NCBI GenBank assembly: GCA_010909165.1
Contig: MU008164.1
Location: 1,054,001-1,118,000, forward strand
Reading direction: 5' to 3'
Length of the DNA: 64,000 nt
DNA from: Anthoceros angustus
Taxonomy: Eukaryota > Plantae > Anthocerotophyta
The notes under the pieces are model-generated. The model saw only the letters and a list, made by a program, of their open reading frames with translations, searched no databases and was not told where the DNA came from. Position 1 is the stretch's first letter. Each line of letters begins with the position of its first letter. The position numbers and the translations under genes are program-made. Positions 11,583-23,910 of the stretch are shown piece by piece.

Positions 11583-14500
11583 TGGTATCGAGCATATAGC
11601 TCTTTGTGCTTGAGCACCTCGCTTCCTTATGCTCTAGGCAATTTACTCTCCAATGCTTTTGCGTTTGTAGTACTTCAAATGAAGATAATGCGTGTGGAGA
11701 TTTCGCCTTTAGCGACAATCATCGGTGACTAGCGCACAATGATGCACACATTGTGCATCAATTTCTTGTCGCCTCCATGGATTCCTTTAATCCAAGGACA
11801 AGAATTTAGGAGGAAGATCAAGGCTTCAAAGAAGAAGAAACAACATCAAATCAAATCTTCTTACATTCGGAGGAGTTTGACCTCAATTCTCCTCAGTTGA
11901 TGTTTTAGAGGCACAAGTATGTTGTCTCATTGAAGCCCTTTTGTCTAAGTCGAGATAGAGTACAAGATATCATTTATGCTCGAAGCTCTCCTTTCTACAT
12001 TTAGCCTTTATCAATATAGTGCTATAGAGTCCGCCATCTCTAAGTACATAAAAATAAGGCTAGTATCTTCGCTCCTAATCCGGATCATCCGCAGCAATCT
12101 CTTGATTCCATTAGAGCGAACTTAGAATAAATCACTGCTATCAATGAGAAATTGACTTACAATACACAACAAATCAATATTATCTCGATAGACTTGTTGA
12201 CCGAGACCTTTCACAAGGTCTCTTCTCACTTGATTGTAAGTCCGCAGATTCGATTATGATGCGAAATTCATAATTTGAAGAATGTTGTGCTGCCGCGCCT
12301 CTTTCCGCAAAACAATGCAAGAAGACGTGTCAACCACGCATAACCCGCATCATTAAAATTACTTGCAATGGTGGGGTCGGACGATCTCGACGTGGATATT
12401 GATGACTTCGCAGAGCAAAATTTTGGCCCAAAAGACCAAATGGCTTGAAGAACAACAATCTATATGGCGAGATGAATGGGAGCAATTTAAAAGGGAAGAA
12501 AAGGAGAAAGCTAAAAGCGTAATGAATCCAAGCCTCAAGTGATTCAAGGTGACAACTTTAAAGACAAAGATAGATTCAACGGCAAGGTAATGTATGGCAA
12601 CACGTGCCCAAGGTGTCTGCACGCGACTTATGGAATATTGTCAATGCGGAAGAATGTTCCACTTGGGACTCGATGCTATAGAGTCCGCCATCTCTAAGTA
12701 CATAAAAATAAGGCTAGTATCTTCGCTCCTAATCCGGATCATCTGCAGCAATCTCTTGATTCCATTAGAGAACTTAGAATAAATCACTGCTATCAATGAG
12801 AAATTGACTTACAATACACAACAAATCAATATTATCAACGATAGACTTGTTGACCGAGACCTTTCACAAGGTCTCTTCTCACTTGATTGTAAGTCCGCAG
12901 ATTCGATTATGATGCGAAATTCATAATTTGAAGAATGTTGTGCCTCTTCTTTCCGCAAAACAATGCAAGAAGGCGTGTCAACCACGCATAACCTGCATCA
13001 TTAAAATTACTTGCAATGGTGGGGTCGGACGATCTCGACGTGGATATTGATGACAGCAAAATTTTGGCCCAAAAGACCAAATGGCTTGAAGAACAACAAT
13101 CTATATGGCGAGATGAATGGGAGCAATTTAAAAGGGAAGAAAAGGAGAAAGCTAAAAGCGTAATGAATCCAAGCCTCAAGTGATTCAAGGTGACAACTTT
13201 AAAGACAAAGATAGATTCAACGGCAAGGTAATGTATGGCAACACCGTGCCCAAGGTGTCTGCACGCGACTTATGGAATATTGTCAATGCGGAAGAATGTT
13301 CCACTTGGGACTCGATGCTATAGAGTCCGCCATCTCTAAGTACATAAAAATAAGGCTAGTATCTTCGCTCCTAATCCGGATCATCCGCAGCAATCTCTTG
13401 ATTCCATTAGAGCGTAACTTAGAATAAATCACTGCTATCAATGAGAAATTGACTTACAATACACAACAAATCAATATTATCTCGATAGACTTGTTGACCG
13501 AGACCTTTCACAAGGTCTCTTCTCACTTGATTGTAAGTCCGCAGATTCGATTATGATGCGAAATTCATAATTTGAAGAATGTTGTGCTGCCGCCTCTTTC
13601 CGCAAAACAATGCAAGAAGACGGCGTGTCAACCACGCATAACCTGCATCATTAAAATTACTTGCAATGGTGGGGTCGGACGATCTCGACGTGGATATTGA
13701 TGACTTTGACGAGCAAAATTTTGGCCCAAAAGACCAAATGGCTTGAAGAACAACAATCTATATGGCGAGATGAATGGGAGCAATTTAAAAGGAAGAAAAG
13801 GAGAAAGCTAAAAGCGTAATGAATCCAAGCCTCAAGTGATTCAAGGTGACAACTTTAAAGACAAAGATAGATTCAACGGCAAGGGTACGATGGCAACACC
13901 GTGCCCAAGGTGTCTGCAGCGACTTATGGAATATTGTCAATGCGGAAGAATGTTCCACTTGGGACTCGATGCTATAGATGAATGGGAAGCCAAAGATCGG
14001 AGAGCAGACGTTTTAATGAACGGACTTACCAAGCGATGGTACTCCAAGTTGCGCAAAACACCGCAGAGATGTGGGAGAAGTTAGCTCGACTTTATGCCTC
14101 CAAAGATGGAATGAGCTTATTGATCGCCACACGTCACTTATATACTATAAGGATGAAGGAGGCGATTCCTTACAACAACACTTGAGCAACTTCCGTATTG
14201 CAAGAATAATTTCAATGCATCCTCTCAAGAAAACTTACAGAGAAACAAACTTTTATTGCTCTCTCGCCATTGCCGCCTCCTATAGGCCCTTTGTGACAAC
14301 GCAAAATGCGGTCCTTAGAGCACAAAAAGAAGAAATTAACGGGCTCCACGCGGATATCGGTAAGTGAATTAATCGGAGCACTTATTGAGGAGGACGCAAG
14401 CCGTCGAAATGAAAATCCCCGATCAGCCCGCCAGCAAGTAATGTACACAGGACGCGGCAGAGGAAGAGGACGTGGCCGAGGCCGCGGAAACTTCACTCCT

Positions 14501-17500
14501 AGACCGACTCCTGCTCAAAATTTTCAAGGAACATCCACTTCTTCATTTAAACCTTCAAAAGGAATGAAGAAGGCTGGAATTCCCTGCAATTGGTGCAAGA
14601 TGACCAACCATATGGAGAAGGATTGTTGGAAGAAGAAAAATGGTGAGCCAAAGAAGGAGGTCACCACGAGCACATGTTGCCGTTAAGAAGAAGCCCTCCA
14701 CGGCAACTCCATCAAGATTTCATCGCTTGGCAAGTTCCAAGCCATCAAACCAAAATTGGTATTTAGACAGGTGCAACATCTCATATATGTCACGATCTTA
14801 ACTTTTGAGTCGATTCGCCATCAAAAGGACAACAAGGTGCTCTAGGCGACCATAACCTCACCATATTTGGTGTAGGTTCCGTGGCATTAAAGTGCTCCAC
14901 GGCGTTCTTACTCTCCCATGTCCTTTATGTACCCTCCATGTGCAAGAATCTAGTGTCACCGCTAGTTTATGTCAAGAACATAACATGCAAATTATCCTTG
15001 AAGCCGATTTGTGTCTCCTTTACTATCATACTAATAAGTATCACACAATGCCTGAACACTAGAAGATGGACTCTATAAACTCTCACCCAAGTGGGTCCGT
15101 TACACCTCATCAATGTAGCCTCCCATTCCCACTCTTCAAGCACCATGCTTTGGCATCGATTAGGTCATCCGAATAGCCAAAAGCTTATCCAAATGTCTAA
15201 GGAAACTGTATAGAACTCCTGTATTCCTAAACTTGAACCTCTCTCGTGTGAAGCTTGCGTCATAACCAAACGTCATCAAGCTCCATTCCACAATCCATCC
15301 CTCGAGGGCTAGGCACCCTTAGAGTTGGTTCACAGACATTTGTGGTCCGATATCGCACCTTCATTTAGTGGTTGTAGATATTTTTAACCTTCATCGATGA
15401 TTATTCGGTTCGTCTCACCTACATCCTCCGCCATAAGAGTCGCCTTTTCTTTCTTCAAAGAATATATGATGTGGGCGAGAGACTTACCGACAGGAAGCTT
15501 AAAACTCTTCGCTCCGATAATGGAGGAGAGTTCACTTCAATGAATTTGCTGAATTTTGCACCAAGGTATAGCGCAACAACTTAGTGTGGTACACACCTCA
15601 AAGAAAATGGCGAAAGGTAAAACAAAATTTACGCCTCCGGAGATCACAGTGTTTGCTCACCCAAGCTACATTATCTAAAAGTTATTGGGTGAAGCTATAT
15701 TGTGACAACATATCTCCTTAATAGATCGCCAACTTCCAGTCAAGGCATGACTCCATATGAAGCTTTCTTGGGAGAAAACCTTCTATTGATCATTTACGAA
15801 TCTTGGATCCCCGCATGTGTTCATCCCCAAAGTACAACGCAAGAAGTCTGGATCCCAAGGCAGCCAAATATACCTTTATTGGCTACAGAAGGCATTAAGG
15901 GTTACAAGTTATTTGACCCATCTACCCGAAAGCTCATTTATGCTAGGAGCGTGACCTTTCATGAATCTCATATTCTTTCTCCTATTGGGGCATCCGCTCC
16001 CATTACTCCCGATGCTCCTTCCTCTGCGCATCCGAGCCTTCCACTTTTGATGACGATGATTTTGTCATCATTCATTCACTCCCTCCGCAAGCTCCTATGG
16101 ATGAACCTCTCGTGTGAAGCTTGCGTCATAACCAAACGTCATCAAGCTCCATTCCACAATCCATCCCCTCGGAGGGCTAGGCACCCTTAGAGTTGGTTCA
16201 CAGACATTTGTGGTCCGATATCCGCACCTTCATTTAGTGGTTGTAGATATTTTTAACCTTCATCGATGATTATTCCGGTTGTCCTCACCTACATCCTCCG
16301 CCATAAGAGTCGCCTTTTCTTTCTTCAAAGAATATATGATGTGGGCGAGAGACTTACCGAGAAGCTTAAAACTCTTCGCTCCGATAATGGAGGAGAGTTC
16401 ACTTCAATGAATTTGCTTTTGCTTTTGTTGAAGGTATAGCGCAACAACTTAGTGTGGTACACACCTCAAAGAAATGGCGTAGCAGAAAACAAAATTTACG
16501 CCTCCGGAGATCACAGTCTGTTTGCTCACCCAAGCTACATTATCTAAAAGTTATTGGGCTGAAGCTATATTGACAGCAACATATCTCCTTAATAGACTGC
16601 CAACTTCCGCAGTTCAAGGCATGACTCCATATGAAGCTTTTACTGGGAGAAAACCTTCTGTTGATCATTTACGAATCTTGGATCCCCATGTGTTCATCCC
16701 CAAAGTACAACGCAAGAAGTCGGATCCCAAGGCAAATATACCTTTATTGGCTACGAAGGCATTAAGGGTTACAAGTTATTTGACCCATCTACCCGAAAGC
16801 TCATTTATGCTAGGGCGTGACCTTTCATGAATCTCATATTCTTTCTCCTATTGGGGCATCTGCTCCCATTACTCCCGATGCTCCTTCCTCGCATCCGAGC
16901 CTTCCACTTTTGATGACGATGATTTTGTCATCATTCATTCACTCCCTCCGCAAGCTCCTATGGATGAACCTCATTGCGGAGGAGGAGGAGGAGTTAGAAT
17001 ATATTCCAAGACGACCAACTACTCCGGATCCCGATTTAGAAGAACCTCAACATTTAAGCGATGATGAAATCGACTATGATGTTGAAATTCGTGAGGAGGA
17101 TCGTATTCCTTTTGAGGATGAGCCCGTCGACGAGCAAGTGGATGAATTCGACGACGAGCGAACAAGAGCTGCGCACTGCAGGAACCAGCTCAACAAGTGG
17201 TCGACATTGAAGAACACATTCAACAACCGCACCAAGGTACAATCTTAGGACTAGACCATGCACAGGACTGCTGGATGGAAGGAACCACCTTTGGGATATC
17301 TTGTCACTCGATGACCCCATTTCTCCTCTCACACCTTATTATCAAGTTACAAAGCCACGTTGATCCAGAGGAACCGCTAACCTTGAAACAAGCATTTTCC
17401 TCTCGAGAAAGACACATGGAAGGTAGCGAGATTGAGTACAACTCTTTAGTAGAAAACTCCACATGGGAATTAGTTAAACCACCCAAAGGGAGAAAAATAG

Positions 17501-20073
17501 TGGGAAGTAAATGGGTCTTTAAAATCAAACGTAAGGGTGATGGTTCTATTGAGCGATATAAGGCAAGTGGTAGCGGAGGGTTTACCAGATACCGGGTTTA
17601 GATTACATACCTGGCTACCTATGCACCAGCAAAGTTTGCCTCCTCGAATTATAATAGCCTTGACCGCTCAACATGACTTACATCTTCACATGATGGACGT
17701 CAAAGCGCCTATCTGCATGGCGAATCCAAGAAGAAATATACATGAGACAACTCAAGGCTATGAAGTCAAAGGTAAAGAAGACCATGTATGCGGCTCATTA
17801 AAGGCATTTATGGCCTTAAGCAATCGAGCAAGGAATGGAATAATGATATACATGACAAGCTTACAAAATATGGTTTTGTTCAAAGCAAAGCGATGCTAGC
17901 ATGTATATCCCGAAGACTAAACAAGACACAATTTACCTCTTACTATATGTGGATGACTTATTTTTAGCTTCATCTTCACTCTCCATCTAGCTGAAATTAA
18001 AGCATGGTTGAGAAGTCATTATGAAATGACAGGAGACCTTAGTTATGCCCTTAGCGTTAACATTATAAGAAATAGAGGTAATAAATCCATTTCCTTGGTT
18101 CAAACAAAATATATAAAAGAAAGCTTAAATAAGTTTGGACTAGAAGATGCTAAGCCACACCATTTCCAAGTGGCACAAGGCTTACGAGATATGAGCCCTA
18201 AAAGATGCAGAAAGCAGAATGTCAGCATACATGCATTAATTTTAATATATTTAAGTAACTTCACAAGACCCGATATATCTTTTGAAGTTAGTGCGATCTC
18301 ACAATTTTTAGAGAATCACGGGCGACAACATTGGCAATGTGTCAAGAGAATATTCAGGTATTTAAAAGGGACTATGCACAGGATTGATGTATAAACATGT
18401 TCCCATATCTAAGTTACAATTAACGACTTATGCCGATGCCGACTATGGAGATCCCGATAGCCGCAAATCAGATCCGCTATGCATTCGCTAGGAGGTGCAC
18501 CCATTTCATGGTCAAGTAAGAAACAACCAACCATTGCTTTGTCGACAGAGTCGAGTATAGGGTCCTCACCTCGTCTCCAAGGATATAGTCCGGAGTAGGT
18601 TAGCATTGAGAGAGTTGAATTATCCCCAAGATGGACCTACACCTCTCGGATGTGCCTGTGGGGCTATTGCCTTAGCTAGGAACCCTGCTTTTCCACTCGA
18701 ACTAAACATATAGCAATGAGTATCATTACATACGGAAATGTTAGAAAATAAAACAATAGATATCAATTATATACCAACTCAAAGCAACCCAGCTGACCTT
18801 TTAACCAAGTCATTAGGAAGAGATTTGCATTTAAAACACATGAAAATGTTAGAGTACAAGAGGTTAAGCCAGCTAGATAGTAGGTATTTCCAATTTTACA
18901 ATCCACAAAGTTTATCTAGCATGTTTATTTCCTCTTCTATTTCCAAGTAATCATCACACTCCTTCTCTTCTCTCTAATGCCCAAAAGGACCCTACAAAAC
19001 ACTCCATGGGTTGGGAAGAAAAATGGTGTTGAGTTAGTCATTCGGTTAGGTCACTTACTATACAAGTGCTTGGTGTGTCCTTCGTACTCTTCACATGGAT
19101 ATGCACCTAACCACATCATTTTTATCCCCTTTTCTCACATACATATTCCATGGGGACTTCGTGGTCGTCCTTTCCTCCCAAGCACCATGTATGTTGCTCT
19201 GCATAGGTTTCAGGCAAATAGGAGTTTGGTATTTTCCTTTTGTTTTGTTATAGAGGTAATAAATCCATTTCCTTGGTTCAAACAAAATATATAAAAGAAA
19301 GCTTAAATAAGTTTGGACTAGAAGATGCTAAGCCACACCATTTCCAAGTGGCACAAACGAGATATGAGCCCTAAAAGATGCAGAGAAAGCAGAATGTCAG
19401 CTACCATACGGACATCTTGTTGGCACCTTAATATATTAAGTAACTTCACAAGACCCGATATATCTTTTGAAGTTAGTGCGATCTCACAATTTTTAGAGAA
19501 TCACGACGACAACATTGGCAATGTGTCAAGAGAATATTCAGGTATTTAAAAGGGACTATGCACAGGATTGATGTATAAACATGTTCCCATATCTAAGTTA
19601 CAATTAACGACTTATCTTGATGCCGACTATCTTGGAGATCCCGATAGCCGCAAATCAGATCCGGCTATGCATTCGCTAGGAGGTGCACCCATTTCATGGT
19701 CAAGTAAGAAACAACCAACCATTGCTTTGTCGACAGAGTCGAGTATAGGGTCCTCACCTCGTCTCCAAGGATATAGTCCGGAGTAGGTTAGCATTGAGAG
19801 TTGAATTATCCCCAAGATGGACCTACACCTCTCTGATGACCGGGGGATTGCCTTAGCTAGGAACCCTGTTTTCCACTCGAACTAAACATATAGCGATGAG
19901 TATCATTACATACGGAAATGTTAGAAAATAAAACAATAGATATCAATTATATACCAACTCAAACAACCCAGCTGACCTTTTAACCAAGTCATTAGGAAGA
20001 GATTTGCATTTAAAACACATGAAAATGTTAGGAGTACAAGAGGTTAAGCCACTAGATAGTGGTATTTCCAATT

Positions 20074-20903
20074 TTACAATCCACAAAGTTTATCTAGCAT
20101 GTTTATTTCCTCTTCTATTTCCAAGTAATCATCACTGCTCCTTCTCTTCTCTCTAATGCCCAAAAGGACCCTACAAAACACTCCATGGGTTATAGGAAGA
20201 AAAATGGTGTTGAGTTAGTCATTGAAGTTAGGTCACTTACTATACAAGTGCTTGGTGTGTCCTTCGTACTCTTCACATGGATATGCACCTAACCACATCA
20301 TTTTTATCCCCTTTTTCTCACATACATATTCCATGGGGACTTCGTGGTCGTCCTTTCCTCCCGGAAGCACCATGTAGTTTGCTCTGCATAGGTTTCCAGC
20401 TGGCAAATAGGAGTTTGGTATTTTCCTTTTAGCTTTTGTTATAGGTTGTAGAGGTAGGGCAAACCTCACATGGCTTGTGCCTACCCCTTTCTCCACATCT
20501 GCAAAATAGATGTAGATTAGCTTATCATTAGCATAGGTTACAGCTAGTTACTAGCCCCTAACTATAGGTTTTTTTTTTTTTTTACACCTACTCACTTGCT
20601 TCTCTATACCACAAGATGCGCCCACGGGCGGCTTCCCGGCTCAATTTTTCCCTTTCCACGCGGCAAGTTTCCTTCTTCTTCTTGCTATGCGGTTTGCTCT
20701 TTTCATTTTCTTCATGGCCTCGTCCTTTGGAGCATGGGGGGGGGCCCGGCGGCTTTCCTCTGCACGACGAGGACCTGCCACCACATTAGGTATATTAGTC
20801 AGGTATTCAAACATGCAAGAGATATGAAAATGCAATGGAAAAATATGAGGAAAATGTGCAATGGCAAATGGACATGGAATCTCACCCGTTATGAGTCGCG
20901 TCA
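20074..20903 (-). CDS. Putative spliced antisense gene of unknown function inside the copia-2 3' region
   Basis: GT-AG introns at 20885-20775 and 20595-20499, each with a CTAAT branch-like motif. Splicing preserves the frame into ORF 20233-20496. A full-length product needs 1-bp indel corrections. Confidence 0.55.
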
Positions 20904-21096
20904 TATTATAATCTGCAACAATCATGCATTAATACAGGAGGGCTGGAGCAACATCAGCGGGTTCACATCAAAGAGCGCAAATCTATCTGCAATTTTATGC
21001 AGGAGGGAGCGCACCCACAAGAGCCACGCGTCCCCAACAGGAGCGCGGCCAATTACGCCCTCGCCCACAACAAAGTTGCGATTGAACGCAGGCGCG

Positions 21097-21177
21097 AGCG
21101 GGCGGGCGCGGAGCGCGCAGGCGCGGAGCGCGCAGGCGCGGAGCGCGCAGGCGCGGAGCGCGCAGGCGCGGAGCGCG
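21097..21177. repeat. 15-bp GC-rich tandem repeat (GCGCGGAGCGCGCAG) x~5
   Basis: Directly visible. Confidence 0.9.
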
Positions 21178-21872
21178 ATGCGGGAGGAGGAGAGCCGACA
21201 ATGACGGCTATCCTCCCGACACCCCCGCCTCGTGTGCTGGCAGCGGAAGGCGTCTACGCCGCACGCCCACCGTGCCCACTAATCGTGGCCGGGTCGGCGA
21301 TTTATGATAAGCCCGTATTGGGCTTATCCATTTAAAGCCCTTTATTTTCGGGCCTGATTTATTGTAGGCCATTTTTTGGACCATATATGCTTATGCATAT
21401 TTTCAGCCATATCTTTTGGCCTTTTAGGCCCGATTTAGGATAAGCCCGTATTGGGCTTATCCATTTAAAGCCCTTTTATTTTCAGGCCCGCGCCTGATTT
21501 ATTTATTTATTGTAGGCCATTTTTGGACCATATATGCTTATGCATATTTTCAGCCATATCTTTTGGCCTTTTAGGCCCCGATTTATGCCTTATTTCCGGC
21601 CTATTTTCTATTTAACCTACGCATTATGAATGGAGTATAATTTTAGGCCTCTCTTTAAGCCTATTTCTGGAGCTATTATTTGTCAACCTTATTCTGGTGA
21701 ATATTTTGGTGGACATATTAAGTTTTCTATTTCAGGCTTACTTATTCATCAAGCAGCTTAAGTTGTCAGCACTTTTCTTAGGCTTATAACTTTTGATTAA
21801 GTGGGAGTCTATCTATGATTTAGACCTCATTTTGAAGCTAGAATTCACCCCTACATTCATAGTGAGTGGGAG

Positions 21873-22128
21873 TGATGAAATAGGTCTAGCTTAGGGCACT
21901 ATTCATTAGGGCCTCATTACTTAAACATTAATTTAGAGCTAGGGCTTTAGGTAGTTAGTTGTTACAACAACTTATAGTTGCAACAACTTATGGTTGCAAC
22001 TACTTATGGTTACAACAACATATTGTTGTAACCACCAACCACCCAGCCTATTTAAAGGCTTGTACTTTACTCATTAATCAATTCATTCCATTGTTTCTCT
22101 TCTATCTAAGAGCTATTGATTCTCATCA
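21873..22128 (+). repeat. 3' LTR of copia-2
   Basis: TGATGAAA...TCTCATCA, preceded by a polypurine tract. Confidence 0.95.
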
Positions 22129-22339
22129 GGCGCGATTGCAGTGTGCAACGGAGCATGGCGTGCGAGGGGACAAGAAGCGAGGCGGCAAGGCTGCCGTGCA
22201 ACCTTCCGTGGGCGGAGGCGGCAGTCCCTACCGCCACGGCCGGCCGCCGGACGGGCGGGCCCGGCTGTGGAGGCCTCAGATCCGTTGTTGATCCCGGTGG
22301 TAATTGAGGAGTTCCCTAAGTCTATCTGCACATACCAGA

Positions 22340-23312
22340 CAAGTGCGCTACCTCCCGTGCACCACGCCCGGGCCTGCTCCCGATCTCGGTCCCGCGCACA
22401 ACATCCACTTCCGCGCTTACCGCGCACAATGCCCGCTCCTGCGCATTGCGCCACCTCTCGTGCACCACGCCTGGGCCCGCCTCCGCACTGCCCGCCTCCT
22501 GCACCACGCCTGCCTCCCGCACTCCGCACCGCCTCGCCACCTCCAGTGTGTTGCGCCCGAGCCTGCTCCCACATCCGCTACAGACCGCCCGCCTCCCAAG
22601 ACCGCCCACTCGCGCCGCCCACTCTGCACCGCCCGCTCCCACACCCATGTCCGCCTCCCACGTAATGCCCGCCTCCCGCACTCCGCACTGCTCGCCTCCC
22701 ATAATCGGGTCCGCTGCACCGCCCGCCACCTCTAGCGTCGCTACTGCTCACTCCGCACTGCTCGCCTCCGCACCGTGTCCGCCTCCTCAGCATTGCGCCA
22801 CCTCTCTGCACCACGCCTGGGCCCGCCTCCCACACTCGGGTCCGCCTCCCACACTTAGGTTCGCCTCCCGACCGCCTCGCCACCTCCAGGTTGCGCCCGA
22901 GCTCGCTCCCACATCCGCTCCCACACTTAGGTCCGCCTCGCCTCCCGACCGCCCACTCTCGCACCGCCCGCCTCCCGCACTCCGCACTCCGCACTGCCCG
23001 CCTCCCACGTAATGCCCGCCTCCCGCACTCCGCACTGCTCGCCTCCATAATCGGGTCCGCTCGCACCGCCCGCCACCTCTAGCGCACTGCTCGCTCCCAC
23101 ACTCGGGTCCGCTCGCTCCCACACACGTGTCGCCTCCCACACGTGTCCGCCTCGCCTCCCACGTAATGCCCGCCTCCCACACTCGGGTCCGCTCTCGCGC
23201 AGCGCTCGCTCCCACACACGTGTCCGCTCCCGCGTAATGCCCGCTCCCGCACCCGCGCACCGTTCGCTCCCACACTTAGGTCCGCTCCCGCGCACCACCC
23301 CCTCCCGCACCG
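22340..23312. repeat. C-rich degenerate tandem-repeat array
   Basis: Recurrent modules such as gcccgcctcccgcactccgcactg, ctcccacacttaggtccgc and cgtaatgcccgcctccc. Confidence 0.8.
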
Positions 23313-23910
23313 CCTACTCAAAAATATATTCCTCCTGAACCATTTTATTAGAATAAAACATTTGTGTCTGTACTTGGTAGTCTTAGCTTCCATTTTTTAC
23401 CATTAAATATTCAAGTAAAAGAAGTATAAAAATATATAGTATTAATTATTTTTAATATTTTCTTTAAATAAATAAAAAGGTAGTTTAGTGCGGAAGAACA
23501 ACTCACAGAAGTATCTCATAAAATATATACAGGTGATAAATATACAGCTAACAAGTGTGAAAGGATGGACTGAAAGAAGGTAGGTAGTACAATTTTATTT
23601 CTTTCCTATTAAGTCCACCCTTCCTAAGGAAGCTTATGGTTTAAGAAAGTTCTTCACAAATTCTGTAGGAAGTTATGCCACGGAAAAAGACTAGGTACTA
23701 AAAGAGGGTGCTAACAAAGACTGTGACAAGTGAGATAATAACCAACGCACACAATGCTTCAGAGCTTGCCTAAAACAAGAGCTCAGGTGTCATATGTAGC
23801 TTGGTACCTGTACAAGCCAGCATCGGCGATGCCAGTACGATGGGTGCATTTGTTGAAGATGCTCATGGAAGCAAGCGAGCTCCGACTTTAGCGAGGCCAG
23901 GGACGTGAGC

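Larger units (their letters stand above)
11326..22128 (+). mobile_element. Full-length Ty1/copia LTR retrotransposon (copia-2, 10.8 kb as assembled)
   Basis: Near-identical LTRs at 11326-11582 and 21873-22128, PBS tggtatcgagc at 11583, PPT agtgagtgggag before the 3' LTR, and an imperfect TSD tgcgc/ggcgc. Fragments of gag (CNWCKMTNHMEKDC), integrase, RT (KIVGSKWVFKIK) and RNase H (ISWSSKKQ, NPADLLTK). Confidence 0.95.

Noticed and set aside
22113-23393. Many 100-190 aa ORFs
   Set aside because: Stop-poor GC-rich tandem repeats.
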